In this document: piece after piece, positions 46,918 to 57,289 of the stretch | Position numbering within the stretch: the first letter of the stretch is position 1 | Layout: each line of letters begins with the position of its first letter | DNA from: Alphaproteobacteria bacterium | GTDB taxonomy: Bacteria; Pseudomonadota; Alphaproteobacteria; JAQWUY01 | Assembly: GCA_965276005.1 (NCBI GenBank) | Contig: OZ254962.1 | Span: 2,564,455 to 2,628,454, forward strand | Reading direction: 5' to 3' | Length of the DNA: 64,000 nt | Made by a program: the position numbers and the translations under genes | Notes under the pieces: model-generated | What the model was told of the DNA's origin: nothing | Databases searched by the model: none | What the model saw: only the letters and a program-made list of their open reading frames with translations

Positions 46918-48402
46918 ATGCTTGAAGGTGTTTTGATTGGCTTAGAGACGGCTTTTTCTTTGAACAATTTGCTGATGGTTATTGGCGGGGTGTTGATTGG
47001 CACTTTTATTGGTATGTTGCCGGGGTTAGGTCCTATGTCGATTATTGCTATTATGATACCGATTGCCATTTCTATGGGCAATCCGTCTGGGGCGTTAATT
47101 TTGCTGGCAGGGGTGTATTATGGGGCGATTTTTGGCGGGTCGACTTCGTCTATTTTGATCAATGCCCCCGGGGTGGCATCGACGGTGGCGACTTCGTTCG
47201 ATGGCTACCCCCTTGCCCGTCAAGGTAAAGCCGGAAAAGCCCTAACCGTTGCGGCGATTGCCTCGTTTGCGGGCGGTACGATTGGGGCGGTGTTATTGAT
47301 GATTTTTGCCCCGGCTCTTGCCAGCGTGGCGTTGTTGTTTCATTCGGCGGAGTACTTTGCCCTGATGGTGGTGGGGCTGTCGGCGATTGCCACTTTTGCC
47401 GGCAGTGGACAAGTCGCCAAAGCGTTGTTAATGACTGTACTAGGTTTGATTATGGCAACTGTTGGCGAGGGGGCGTTGTTTAACATGCCCCGATTTACTA
47501 TGGGATTGATGGATTTACAATCGGGATTTGGTTTTGTGACTTTGGCAATGGCGATGTTTGCCCTGCCAGAAGCGTTGTATTTGGTATTGGATCCGAAGCG
47601 ATCTGATACGGAAAAAAGCCAGCAACAGATTAAGCAACTTCGCATCACCAAACAAGAGGCAAAAGATATTGCCCCGGTTATTGGCAGACAATCGATTCAA
47701 GGCTTTCTTATTGGCGTGTTACCGGGGGCAGGGGCGACCATTGCGTCGTTTTTGGGCTATGCGGTGGAACGCAACATTGCATCGCCAGCGGAAAAGCAAA
47801 AGTTTGGCAAAGGATCGGTAAAAGGACTTGCCGCCCCCGAGTCTGCCAACAATGCGGCGTGTACGGGGTCGTTTGTACCGCTGTTGACATTGGGGATTCC
47901 CGGATCGGGTACCACTGCTATTTTACTGGGGGCGTTAATTGCCTTGAATGTCAGTCCGGGTCCCCGCTTAATGGTCGATCAGCCGGATATTTTCTGGGCG
48001 GTGATAGTATCGATGTATATTGGCAATGTGGTGTTGTTGATTTTAAATTTACCGCTTATTCCCTATATTGCTAAGGTGCTTGCGGTTCCCAGAAATTATA
48101 TGATACCGTTTATTTTGTTCTTTACCCTGATGGGGGCGTATATTGGGCAAAATAACACTACGGAGTTGTTGATTCTCATTGGCTTGGGGGTGTGTGCTAC
48201 CGTGTTGCGGTTTGCCAATTATCCGTTGGCACCGCTGTTGATAGGCTTTATTTTGGGATCGATGCTGGAGGACAATTTTTCCCGATCGATGCAGTTATAT
48301 GACGGTATCGGTTTCTTGTGGCATCGCCCGATGACTATGGGGTTGCTGCTGTTATCGGTGCTGTTGGTATTTTTGCCCGTTTTGCGGCGGCGATACAAGT
48401 AA
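46918..48402 (+). CDS. tctA: TctA large membrane subunit
   Basis: Start trimmed to MLEGVLIGLETAFS (1 nt after the tctB stop); ~495 aa polytopic. Confidence 0.88.
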   Translation: MLEGVLIGLETAFSLNNLLMVIGGVLIGTFIGMLPGLGPMSIIAIMIPIAISMGNPSGALILLAGVYYGAIFGGSTSSILINAPGVASTVATSFDGYPLARQGKAGKALTVAAIASFAGGTIGAVLLMIFAPALASVALLFHSAEYFALMVVGLSAIATFAGSGQVAKALLMTVLGLIMATVGEGALFNMPRFTMGLMDLQSGFGFVTLAMAMFALPEALYLVLDPKRSDTEKSQQQIKQLRITKQEAKDIAPVIGRQSIQGFLIGVLPGAGATIASFLGYAVERNIASPAEKQKFGKGSVKGLAAPESANNAACTGSFVPLLTLGIPGSGTTAILLGALIALNVSPGPRLMVDQPDIFWAVIVSMYIGNVVLLILNLPLIPYIAKVLAVPRNYMIPFILFFTLMGAYIGQNNTTELLILIGLGVCATVLRFANYPLAPLLIGFILGSMLEDNFSRSMQLYDGIGFLWHRPMTMGLLLLSVLLVFLPVLRRRYK

Positions 48403-48416
48403 CACTTTATACACAC

Positions 48417-48455
48417 TGTTTTTTCTTGACTTGTGTAGTTTTGTTATATTAACAC
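48417..48455 (+). promoter_or_regulatory. Promoter module ttttttcTTGACTtgtgtagttttgtTATATTAacac, copy 1 (upstream of the SDR gene)
   Basis: Nearly identical copy at 49396-49432. Confidence 0.5.
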
Positions 48456-48484
48456 AGATATATAAATATAGAGCGGAGAAAACC

Positions 48485-49261
48485 ATGTACTTACAAAAGA
48501 TGCGGATGTCGGGGCGTTTGGCGGTGGTGACTGGTGGTACATCGGGCATTGGGCTTGCCATTTGTCATGCGTTGTGTGAGGCGGGGGCAAAGGTTATCGC
48601 CGTAACCAATGACATGTCGCAGCAATCAGATGCCCAGCGGTTTATCGAACAACAAGGGTATCACTTGGATGTACTTGCCTTAGATGTCAGCGATTCGGCA
48701 CAGGTACAAGCGGTGTGCGATGATATTGAAACGACCTTCGGGGCGGTCGATTGTTTGGTAAACAATGCGGGTATTGTCCCTACTTGGCAGGGGGCGGAAG
48801 AGCTGAGCGATGCGGTGTTTTTGCAAGTCATGGATGTCAACCTAAATGGGGTTATGTGGTGTTGTCGATCGTTTGGTAAAAATATGCTGCATCGGGGGTG
48901 TGGTACTGTGGTGAATGTGGGGTCGATGTCGGGGATTATTAACAATTACCCACAAAAGCAGTGTTATTATAACATATCAAAAGCAGGGGTGCATCATCTG
49001 ACCAAGTGCTTGGCGGCAGAATGGGCGGACAAGGGCGTGCGAGTCAACTGTGTTGCCCCTACATATATTGAAACCCCATTGACCAAGTTCGGCATGCAGG
49101 ACAATCCGCAAATGGCACAAAAGTGGATCGACATGACGCCAATGAAACGGGTCGGACAAACGGATGAAATTGCCTCAGTAGTATTGTTCTTGGCGTCAGA
49201 TGCGTCCTCATTGATGACCGGTAGCGTGGTGGTTGCCGATGCGGGATATACGCTGTGGTAA
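48485..49261 (+). CDS. SDR-family oxidoreductase
   Basis: AVVTGGTSGIGLAI, YNISKAG. Confidence 0.85.
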   Translation: MYLQKMRMSGRLAVVTGGTSGIGLAICHALCEAGAKVIAVTNDMSQQSDAQRFIEQQGYHLDVLALDVSDSAQVQAVCDDIETTFGAVDCLVNNAGIVPTWQGAEELSDAVFLQVMDVNLNGVMWCCRSFGKNMLHRGCGTVVNVGSMSGIINNYPQKQCYYNISKAGVHHLTKCLAAEWADKGVRVNCVAPTYIETPLTKFGMQDNPQMAQKWIDMTPMKRVGQTDEIASVVLFLASDASSLMTGSVVVADAGYTLW

Positions 49262-49395
49262 ATCTGTGGTGAATAAAATATAGTAAAACTATAAAAATAC
49301 GATTTTTGTGTAAAATGTGCATAAAAATAAGCGGATGCGACACGGATAAAAATATATTTTTGTCATAAAAAAAACAAAATGATACCAATAAAATA

Positions 49396-49432
49396 ATTTT
49401 TTTCTTGACTTTTGTAGTTTTATTATATTACA
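49396..49432 (+). promoter_or_regulatory. Promoter module copy 2 (tttttttcTTGACTtttgtagttttatTATATTAcac) upstream of the ABC transporter operon
   Basis: ~36/39 identical to 48417-48455. Confidence 0.5.
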
Positions 49433-49502
49433 CTGGCTGTGCGATACTTTTAACAGGGCATGTTGTGTGCCGTTTTCATGGACAAAGGCAGGGAGAGAGC
49501 TT

Positions 49503-50942
49503 ATGAAAAATTCGATAAAAAAATGGGCGGGTGTTGTTTTAGGGCTTGGTATGTTTACGGCAATGCCGGGGCTTGCGGACAATTTTAGGCTGTCCGATAT
49601 TCCAGACATTAAAAACAAAAACCCTATTAATGTGGCATTGGAAGCCGGCGGTGCTGCCGACTTGATTATTCCATATTTGCAAAAATTTTCTAAGGCAACG
49701 GGGATTCCTGTAACCAGTGAATCGATGGTATTTGCCACCATTTATTCTAAAGAAGTGGTGGAATTGCAAGGACGAACCGGTGCCTATGATGTGGTGGTTA
49801 CCGAAACTTCGTGGACAAACGAATGGAAAGACTATTTGTATCCGCTTGATGAATTAGCGGCAAAATACGAACCCAACGGCGTTGCCGCCTTAAAACAGTA
49901 CTTAGACACCCACGATTCGGGGTTGTTACGCATGGCGTCTTCCCGTGATGGAACGCTGGTTGGGGTGCCGTATTATACCTATACGCAAATATCGATTTAC
50001 CGTGATGACCTGTTTACCCATGCGGGCGAAAAGGCGGCATTTAAGGCACGATATGGCTATGACCTAGCCCCTGCCACCTCGTGGCAACAGCTGCGGGATC
50101 AAGGGGAATTTTTCACCCGTAAGAAAGGCGACACCCTAAAAGGCGAAGTGCTGGACAAAGATTTTTACGGTCTGTCGCTAATGGCGGGGCGATTCCCCCA
50201 TGTACAAGACGAACTGGCGGCGATGATTTGGAGCAAAGACGCCCATTGGGCATCGCCCGTGCGGCAAAACGGCGTATTGAAAGGCTTTAAAATCACCGAT
50301 AAAGACCGGCAAGTGCTAAAATGGGCATTTACCAATTACCGGGATCTGATGCAGTTTGCACCGCCGGGAACAGAAAATGCGTTTTGGGATTTTGCCACTG
50401 CCCAGTTTGTCGAAGGCAACACGGCAATTATTCCCTTGATGTATAACGGGTTGTGGAATTGGGCATCCGATGTTGCCAAAGAAGTACCGGGTGCCAAAGC
50501 CGCTGCTGCCCCGGTTGTCGGCAGTCGCCCATATACAGGGGCGTTTCACTTTGCCCCCGCCAAAGACACCGATAATCCAGAGGGGGCGTATTGGTTGTTA
50601 AAATATATTGGCTCCTACCTGACGCAAAAAGAAATGATCGCCGGCGGCTGGGCGGGGACAAACCGCACCGTATTGTCTGGGTCGGATATGACCATCGACA
50701 ACAAATACAAGGAGTACGGTTGGATTCAACCCACTTTGACCCAGTGGGCGGCACAGGCACCAGATGTCAACGATTACCTGCACTTTAACAGTGCCGCATT
50801 TGGCAAGCTGTACGAACAAATGACCATCATCGGTCACGAAAACGCCACCGGTGTCAAATCCCCAGAACAAAGCGTCAAAGCGTGGGAAAAAGCCTTTAAC
50901 CGCTTGCAGAAAAAATTCGGTGAACTGCCTGTCATAAAATAA
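49503..50942 (+). CDS. ABC transporter extracellular solute-binding protein (sugar family 1)
   Basis: Signal peptide MKNSIKKWAGVVLGLGMFTAMPGLA; GGGAGAG RBS. Confidence 0.85.
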   Translation: MKNSIKKWAGVVLGLGMFTAMPGLADNFRLSDIPDIKNKNPINVALEAGGAADLIIPYLQKFSKATGIPVTSESMVFATIYSKEVVELQGRTGAYDVVVTETSWTNEWKDYLYPLDELAAKYEPNGVAALKQYLDTHDSGLLRMASSRDGTLVGVPYYTYTQISIYRDDLFTHAGEKAAFKARYGYDLAPATSWQQLRDQGEFFTRKKGDTLKGEVLDKDFYGLSLMAGRFPHVQDELAAMIWSKDAHWASPVRQNGVLKGFKITDKDRQVLKWAFTNYRDLMQFAPPGTENAFWDFATAQFVEGNTAIIPLMYNGLWNWASDVAKEVPGAKAAAAPVVGSRPYTGAFHFAPAKDTDNPEGAYWLLKYIGSYLTQKEMIAGGWAGTNRTVLSGSDMTIDNKYKEYGWIQPTLTQWAAQAPDVNDYLHFNSAAFGKLYEQMTIIGHENATGVKSPEQSVKAWEKAFNRLQKKFGELPVIK

Positions 50943-51061
50943 TCATCCCCCCCGTGTAACCACATAGTGCGGTGGCACGGGGAGCAAGGGGCACCAGCTA
51001 TAAGGGTGGTAACTACTAAGGGTGGCAACTATGAAAGTGGCAACACGGGGGCGGTAACACA

Positions 51062-51952
51062 ATGCAAATACGGCGTATTAGGACGGTATGGCTGGCACAG
51101 GATAGGGTGCTAAAATGGGTGCTGATTGCCCCGTTGTTGGCGGTTTTGGTATCGTTTATGCTGTATCCCACTGGCTATAGTTTGTACATGTCGTTTACCG
51201 ATTATGTCATGCGTGGGGATCCCGAATTTATCGGTTTAGAAAATTATCGTACTGTGTTGACCGATGAGGTGTTTTGGGCGTCCTTGCGGCGAACAGTGTA
51301 TGTGATGGTGATGTCCATATCTGTCGAATTGGTGTTGGGTATGGGGCTGGCGTTGTTGTTAAACCGGGACTTTATCGGGCAAGGTATTATTAGGGGTCTG
51401 TGTTTTGTGCCCTTGTTGGTATCGCCTTTGTCGATGTCGCTGATGTGGAACTATATTTTACACATTCAGTTTGGTGTGGTTAATACGGTGATACGGTGGT
51501 TGGGCTTTGAGGCGGTGCCGTTTTTATCATCGGCGGATTATGCGTTAAATACCATTGTGTTTATGACCGTGTGGCAGTGGTTGCCGTTTTCTACATTTGT
51601 GTTACTTGCCGGTTTAAAAGGGCGACCCAAGGATCAATTCGAGGCAACGATGATCGATGGGGCGTCCGCATGGCAGGTGTTTTGGAAAATCACTTTGCCG
51701 ATGTTAAAACCGCTGATTATTATTATTGTGTTGCTCCGTACTATGTGGCTTATGCGGTTGTTTGATCCGCTGTATGGTACCACTCGGGGCGGTATGGAAA
51801 CGGAGCTGCTGGATTGGATGATTTACCGCATAGCGTTTGTGTTTTTCGATATTGGCGAAGGATCCGCATATGCGTTGGTGGCGTTGTATTTAACGCTGAT
51901 TGTTGGGGTGGTGATGTTTAAACAACTGATTAAAAATATGGAGGCAAAATAA
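51062..51952 (+). CDS. ABC sugar transporter permease (MalF-like)
   Basis: EAA-loop region; 6 TM. Confidence 0.85.
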   Translation: MQIRRIRTVWLAQDRVLKWVLIAPLLAVLVSFMLYPTGYSLYMSFTDYVMRGDPEFIGLENYRTVLTDEVFWASLRRTVYVMVMSISVELVLGMGLALLLNRDFIGQGIIRGLCFVPLLVSPLSMSLMWNYILHIQFGVVNTVIRWLGFEAVPFLSSADYALNTIVFMTVWQWLPFSTFVLLAGLKGRPKDQFEATMIDGASAWQVFWKITLPMLKPLIIIIVLLRTMWLMRLFDPLYGTTRGGMETELLDWMIYRIAFVFFDIGEGSAYALVALYLTLIVGVVMFKQLIKNMEAK

Positions 51953-51955
51953 CCC

Positions 51956-52759
51956 ATGCAACGATTTTTGTTTTGGCTGGCGGTGCTGATTATGGTATGT
52001 GCGTTTATATTTCCCATTGTGTGGATATATGTAACCGCCTTAAAAGCCCCCGCAGATATTTTTTCTGACAATCCGTTTGTATTTTCCCCAACGCTGGAAA
52101 ACTTTCGCTATTTGGTCGAGGTGCGACCGGTGATAGGGGAATTGCTAAACTCGATTGTCCTAAGTATCACCAGTACCGTTGTTGTGATTGTGATTTCCGT
52201 ACCAGCGGCGTATAGTTTTGCCCGCTTTAAGACCGGTGGCGGGCATATTTTGTTTATCACCATCTCGACCCGTATGTTTCCGGGGGTAGTGGCGGCAATC
52301 CCGTTTTTCTTGTTGTACCGCAACATTGGGTTTCTCGACACCCATATAGGGTTGATGTTGTTGTATGTGTACTTTAATATGAGCTTTGCCACTTTTTTAC
52401 TGTATGGGTTTTTTAAAGAAATCCCCGAAAGTTTGGAACAAGCGGCGATGGTCGATGGGTACGACCGCATTGCCATTTTACGCAAAATCGTATTGCCGCT
52501 GATTAAGCCGGGCGTGGCGATTACCGCTATGTTTTGTCTTATTTGGTCGTGGAATGAGTTTTTATTTGCGTTTTTGTTTACCCGCCGTATTGCCCGTACT
52601 GTTTCGGTCAGCCAATCCACCTTTTGGGGATCGGTGGAAATTCAGTGGGGACCGATGGCGGCACTTATGGCGATTGCCATTATTCCCACTTTGTTATCCG
52701 CATGGATTATGCAAAAACATGTGGTGCGGGGACTCACCTTTGGGGCGGTAAAAGGATAG
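51956..52759 (+). CDS. ABC sugar transporter permease (MalG-like)
   Basis: EAA loop AAMVDGYDRIAILRKIVLP. Confidence 0.85.
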   Translation: MQRFLFWLAVLIMVCAFIFPIVWIYVTALKAPADIFSDNPFVFSPTLENFRYLVEVRPVIGELLNSIVLSITSTVVVIVISVPAAYSFARFKTGGGHILFITISTRMFPGVVAAIPFFLLYRNIGFLDTHIGLMLLYVYFNMSFATFLLYGFFKEIPESLEQAAMVDGYDRIAILRKIVLPLIKPGVAITAMFCLIWSWNEFLFAFLFTRRIARTVSVSQSTFWGSVEIQWGPMAALMAIAIIPTLLSAWIMQKHVVRGLTFGAVKG

Positions 52760-52933
52760 GGCTATGGATGTAATGGACAGGATTTTTTGGGGTATGGCGG
52801 GCTTTATTGGGCTGCATTTTGTCTTGTTGGCGGGGTTAGAAACCTATATACCGTTTTATTTGGGATCGGCTGTGGCGTTTGTGTATCTGATCTGGTTTGT
52901 GCTGAGGGGCTATAAGCTGTTTGGTGAGTGACT

Positions 52934-54070
52934 ATGCACAGACAAAAAACCGTGTTAAAAGTGGACAATGTTAGCAAGTCTTATGGGGACTTGCAAGCCT
53001 TAGACAGTGTGTCGTTCGAGTGTTACCAACAGGAATTTTTAACCCTGTTTGGACCTTCTGGAGCGGGTAAAACCACTTTACTCGAGTTGATTGCCGGGGT
53101 TAAACACACAGACAAGGGCGATATTACCCTAAACGACACGCTGATAAACACCGTACCAGTGCAAAATCGCAATGTGGCGATGGTGTTTGAAAATTATGCC
53201 TTGTATCCGCACTTGACGGTAGGGGAAAATATTGCCTTTCCCCTAAAATCCCCAAACGCCCCTAAGTACACCGCACAGGAAATCAACGATAAAACCACAA
53301 AAATAGCGAGGGATTTAGAAATTGATATGCTGTTAAACCGCACCCCTGCCCAGCTGTCGAACGGACAAAAACAGCGGGTATCGCTGGCACGGGCATTGGT
53401 GCGGCAGGCAGATATATATTTGTTGGACGAACCGATCGCCCATCTGGACGCTAAACTCCGTTCAGTGGCACGGGCAAATTTACGGGCTATGTGTCGAGAC
53501 TTGGGCGTAACCATTGTTTATGTGACCCATGACTTTCGGGAGGCATTGGGGCTGTCCGATAGGGTGGTGATTATGAACGCTGGTAAAATCTTACAAATCG
53601 GCACCCCCCGGGATATTTATGAGACCCCAAATACGGATTTCGTCGGGCATCTGTTGGGAGATCCGGCGATGAACTTTGCCGATGGCACCTTGCAAGCAAC
53701 CGATACAGGGGTGGTGTTAAGGGCACATGGAGTTCCTATTCCCCTGCCTAAAAGCCTACAGGCACAAGCCAAAACCCGCATTAAAAACAACACCGTAAAC
53801 ACCCGTTTTGCCATCCGCCCCAGCGGTGTAACCATTGCCACCACGCCCCCTGATGAGGGTACGGACGCTATCGCTTGTACCGTGTACACGGTGGAACATC
53901 GGGCGGAGTCGCTGTTGGTGTATGTGATACTGGGGGGGTATGCGTTTGGCGGTTTGTTGCCGTTGGAAACTGCCGTAAAAACGGGACAACCCGTGTGGCT
54001 ACAGCTGCATCCACAGGGGGGATTTTTGTTCGATGCCTCGTTTGACATATCGCCGATTGCGGAGGTGTAA
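52934..54070 (+). CDS. ABC transporter ATP-binding protein (MalK-like) 1
   Basis: GPSGAGKTT, LSNGQKQRVSLARAL, C-terminal TOBE-like domain. Confidence 0.9.
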   Translation: MHRQKTVLKVDNVSKSYGDLQALDSVSFECYQQEFLTLFGPSGAGKTTLLELIAGVKHTDKGDITLNDTLINTVPVQNRNVAMVFENYALYPHLTVGENIAFPLKSPNAPKYTAQEINDKTTKIARDLEIDMLLNRTPAQLSNGQKQRVSLARALVRQADIYLLDEPIAHLDAKLRSVARANLRAMCRDLGVTIVYVTHDFREALGLSDRVVIMNAGKILQIGTPRDIYETPNTDFVGHLLGDPAMNFADGTLQATDTGVVLRAHGVPIPLPKSLQAQAKTRIKNNTVNTRFAIRPSGVTIATTPPDEGTDAIACTVYTVEHRAESLLVYVILGGYAFGGLLPLETAVKTGQPVWLQLHPQGGFLFDASFDISPIAEV

Positions 54071-54071
54071 C

Positions 54072-55166
54072 ATGCGGGTACTTACTTTTGACAATGTATG
54101 GAAAGTGTACGATGGCGATGTGGTTGCTGTACAGGCGGCGTCTTTTACCAGCAAACAGGGGGAATTCCTTGCCCTATTGGGTCCATCCGGGTGTGGTAAA
54201 AGTACCACTATGCGGATGATTGCCGGTTTGGAACAGGCGACAAAAGGACAGATAAAAATCGACGGACACACGGTAAATACATGGAGCCCCGCCCGCCGCA
54301 ATGTGGCGTTGTCGTTCGAATCGTATGCGTTGTATGCACCGTTGACCGTGCGGGGCAACATCGAATTTCCCTTGCGGGCAAGAAAAATAGCGGCTAAGGA
54401 ACGGGAAAAGCGGCTGCAACACATCATAAAAGTATTTGAAATTGCCGATTTACTCGACCGTATGCCATCGGAACTGTCCGGTGGACAAGCCCAGCGGGTG
54501 TCGCTGGCACGGGCGTTGGTGCGCAATCCAGATGTGCTGTTGCTGGACGAACCGTTGTCGCATCTGGATTACCAGTTGCGTACCACCATGCGGATGCGGA
54601 TTCGCCATCTGCATGATATGTTGGGGGCAACCACCATTTATGTGACCCACGACCAAGAAGAAGCGGTGGCTCTAGCGGACAGAATCATCGTTATGAATCA
54701 CGCAGAAATTCAGCAAATTGGCGATGTACATAGCTTGTGGCACGATCCGCTAAATATGTTTGTTGCCGGCTTTTTGGGCGACCCCGCTATGAATTTTATA
54801 CAAGCCACTTGTACTGACAATGTGTTACGCACCTGTGCGGGTACCTTGCCGTTACCTGCAACCGTAGGTGATACCCTACCCATCGCTGTAACTCTGGGAT
54901 TTCGCCCCGAATATGTGTCGTTATCGCCATATGATACCCCGTCCACCCCTGTTCGGGTTGCTGCTTTGTGCGGGCATGTTTTGTTAAATGAGTTTCAAGG
55001 GGAACGCTGTGTTATCACTGTACAAACCGATGCAGGTATGGTAAAGGTTGTAGAGTCCAGTACCAGTGTTTGGCAAGCGGGGGATAAGGTGTCTATCGTA
55101 CCGCACATGGACAAGATACATTTTTTTGATACGGACACGGGCGATGCTATAACATGGAGACCATAA
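54072..55166 (+). CDS. ABC transporter ATP-binding protein (MalK-like) 2
   Basis: GPSGCGKST, LSGGQAQRVSLARAL. Confidence 0.9.
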   Translation: MRVLTFDNVWKVYDGDVVAVQAASFTSKQGEFLALLGPSGCGKSTTMRMIAGLEQATKGQIKIDGHTVNTWSPARRNVALSFESYALYAPLTVRGNIEFPLRARKIAAKEREKRLQHIIKVFEIADLLDRMPSELSGGQAQRVSLARALVRNPDVLLLDEPLSHLDYQLRTTMRMRIRHLHDMLGATTIYVTHDQEEAVALADRIIVMNHAEIQQIGDVHSLWHDPLNMFVAGFLGDPAMNFIQATCTDNVLRTCAGTLPLPATVGDTLPIAVTLGFRPEYVSLSPYDTPSTPVRVAALCGHVLLNEFQGERCVITVQTDAGMVKVVESSTSVWQAGDKVSIVPHMDKIHFFDTDTGDAITWRP

Positions 55167-55170
55167 CTTT

Positions 55171-56619
55171 ATGACCACACACATCGAAGCATATATGTAT
55201 ATTAACGGCGATTGGGTAGGTACGGAAAACCGGCAGATAACCCCTGTCACCAATCCCGCTACTGGCGAAGTCTGTGGCACGGTGCCAAATGCGACAATTG
55301 CCGATGTGGACATGGCGTTGCACGCCGCCCGCACGGCGTTTCAAGTGTATTCCCAGTGGTCGCCCCATCAGCGGGCAAAGCTGTTATGTAACATTGCCGA
55401 TAGGATTCGCAGTCGCTGTACGGATTTGGCTATGGTTATGACTTTGGAACAGGGAAAACCGCTCAATGAAGCCGTTGGGGAAATTGAAAAATTGGCGGAT
55501 ACATTCGATTTTTACGGGGCGGAAGCCCCCCGCATACACGGGGAGATTATTCCCAATGCGGACACCCGCATACACAGTTTTGTACAACGGGAGCCCATCG
55601 GTGTTGTCGGGGCGATTACCCCGTGGAACTATCCGGCGGAACTTATCGGTTGGAAATTAGCGGCGGCGTTGGCAGCCGGCTGTTCTATTGTTATCAAGCC
55701 GCCCGCATTAACCCCCCTGTGTCCGTTTAAAATTGTCGGTTGCGTCGACGATGCCGGCACTCCTGCTGGACTGGTCAATATGGTTATGGGCAAAGGATCT
55801 GTGGTGGGACAGCACTTGGTGGAAAGTCCACTGGTCGATAAAATCGCTTTTACCGGATCCAGTGCAACGGGGCTTGGCATTCAACAATCGTTGCAGCAGG
55901 TAAAACGCATATCGCTAGAACTGGGGGGCAATTGCCCGATGGTGGTGACGCAACATGCCCACATTGCCGATGCGGTAAAAGGGGCGGTACGGCGGGCGTT
56001 TCGCAACTGTGGACAAATTTGTATTGCCATTAATCGCATTTATGTACACCGCAGCGTACATGACGACTTTATCACCCAATTAGCGGCAGCAACAGAGGCA
56101 TTGGTGGTCGATAACGGTATGGATAATCCCGCCGCTGATATGGGGGCGATATGTTCTGATGAAGTATTGCACAAAACCCAAACCCATCTGCAAGATGCCT
56201 TGACCAAAGGAGCGGTGCTGGTGGCAGGGGGACACGCCCCACAGGGCAAAAAATTTGCCAGCGGCATGTTTTTCCGCCCCACTGTGGTAACGGATTGTAA
56301 CCACAGTATGTCGGTGATGGTCGAGGAAACTTTTGGACCTTTGGTCGGGGTTATGGCGTATGACCACACCCAGCAGTGCATCGACCACATGAACGACACC
56401 CCGTATGGTCTGGCCAGCTATGTATTTAGTACGGATATGGCAGAAATCAAAACCATTAGCAACGGGCTACACTATGGCAATGTGGCGGTAAATACCGTTG
56501 ACGCAGGCATCATAAACGCCCCGTATGGTGGCTGGAAACAAAGTGGTATTGGCGTCGAACACGCCCGGCAAGGTATGCTTGAATACTTAAATTATAAACA
56601 TATTCGGGTGAAAATATAA
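55171..56619 (+). CDS. NAD(P)-dependent aldehyde dehydrogenase
   Basis: FTGSSATG, ELGGNCP, catalytic Cys region FRNCGQIC. Confidence 0.9.
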   Translation: MTTHIEAYMYINGDWVGTENRQITPVTNPATGEVCGTVPNATIADVDMALHAARTAFQVYSQWSPHQRAKLLCNIADRIRSRCTDLAMVMTLEQGKPLNEAVGEIEKLADTFDFYGAEAPRIHGEIIPNADTRIHSFVQREPIGVVGAITPWNYPAELIGWKLAAALAAGCSIVIKPPALTPLCPFKIVGCVDDAGTPAGLVNMVMGKGSVVGQHLVESPLVDKIAFTGSSATGLGIQQSLQQVKRISLELGGNCPMVVTQHAHIADAVKGAVRRAFRNCGQICIAINRIYVHRSVHDDFITQLAAATEALVVDNGMDNPAADMGAICSDEVLHKTQTHLQDALTKGAVLVAGGHAPQGKKFASGMFFRPTVVTDCNHSMSVMVEETFGPLVGVMAYDHTQQCIDHMNDTPYGLASYVFSTDMAEIKTISNGLHYGNVAVNTVDAGIINAPYGGWKQSGIGVEHARQGMLEYLNYKHIRVKI

Positions 56620-56623
56620 CACA

Positions 56624-57283
56624 ATGTCCCAATTTTCCCGCCCAAATGCGATAATTTTTGACCTAGACGGTACTTTGATTAACTCCGCCCCTGATATTGC
56701 CGCTGCATTAAATATGACCCTTGTAGATATGGGCTATCAGGCGTTGGATGTGGCATATGTGGAACGCTTTATCGGCAAGGGTCCCCGGGTGTTGGTTCAG
56801 GATATATGCGATGATATGCACATGGCATATGACGCCGATTTTATCGATAAAACCGTAGCGGGATATGTACAAAATTATTGTCATAATCCGGTAAAAGACA
56901 CCCATTTTTTCCCCCATGTATACGAAGATTTACACAGCTTAAAAGACGCCGGGTACACATTGGGAATTTGCACCAACAAATCGCACGATTTAACCGCTGT
57001 GGTGCTGGAAAAACTGCACATTAAACATATGTTCACGGCGTTTTATGGGGCGGATGCGGTGGCACATTGTAAACCCCATGCCCAGCACTTACAAACGGTG
57101 ATGCAGGCGTTGGGGGCGGATTGTCACACGACGGTTTATGTGGGCGATACGGAAGTCGACCGCACCTGTGCCCATGCGGCGAACACCCCGTTTTTTATAG
57201 TACCTTGGGGCGGCGGTCGGCATATGCAGCCGCATAACGACATCAAAATAAACCGCTTGTCCGACCTTCTGACACATGTGTAA
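56624..57283 (+). CDS. HAD-superfamily phosphatase (phosphoglycolate-phosphatase-like)
   Basis: IIFDLDGTLINS motif I. Confidence 0.8.
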   Translation: MSQFSRPNAIIFDLDGTLINSAPDIAAALNMTLVDMGYQALDVAYVERFIGKGPRVLVQDICDDMHMAYDADFIDKTVAGYVQNYCHNPVKDTHFFPHVYEDLHSLKDAGYTLGICTNKSHDLTAVVLEKLHIKHMFTAFYGADAVAHCKPHAQHLQTVMQALGADCHTTVYVGDTEVDRTCAHAANTPFFIVPWGGGRHMQPHNDIKINRLSDLLTHV

Positions 57284-57289
57284 GCAAAG

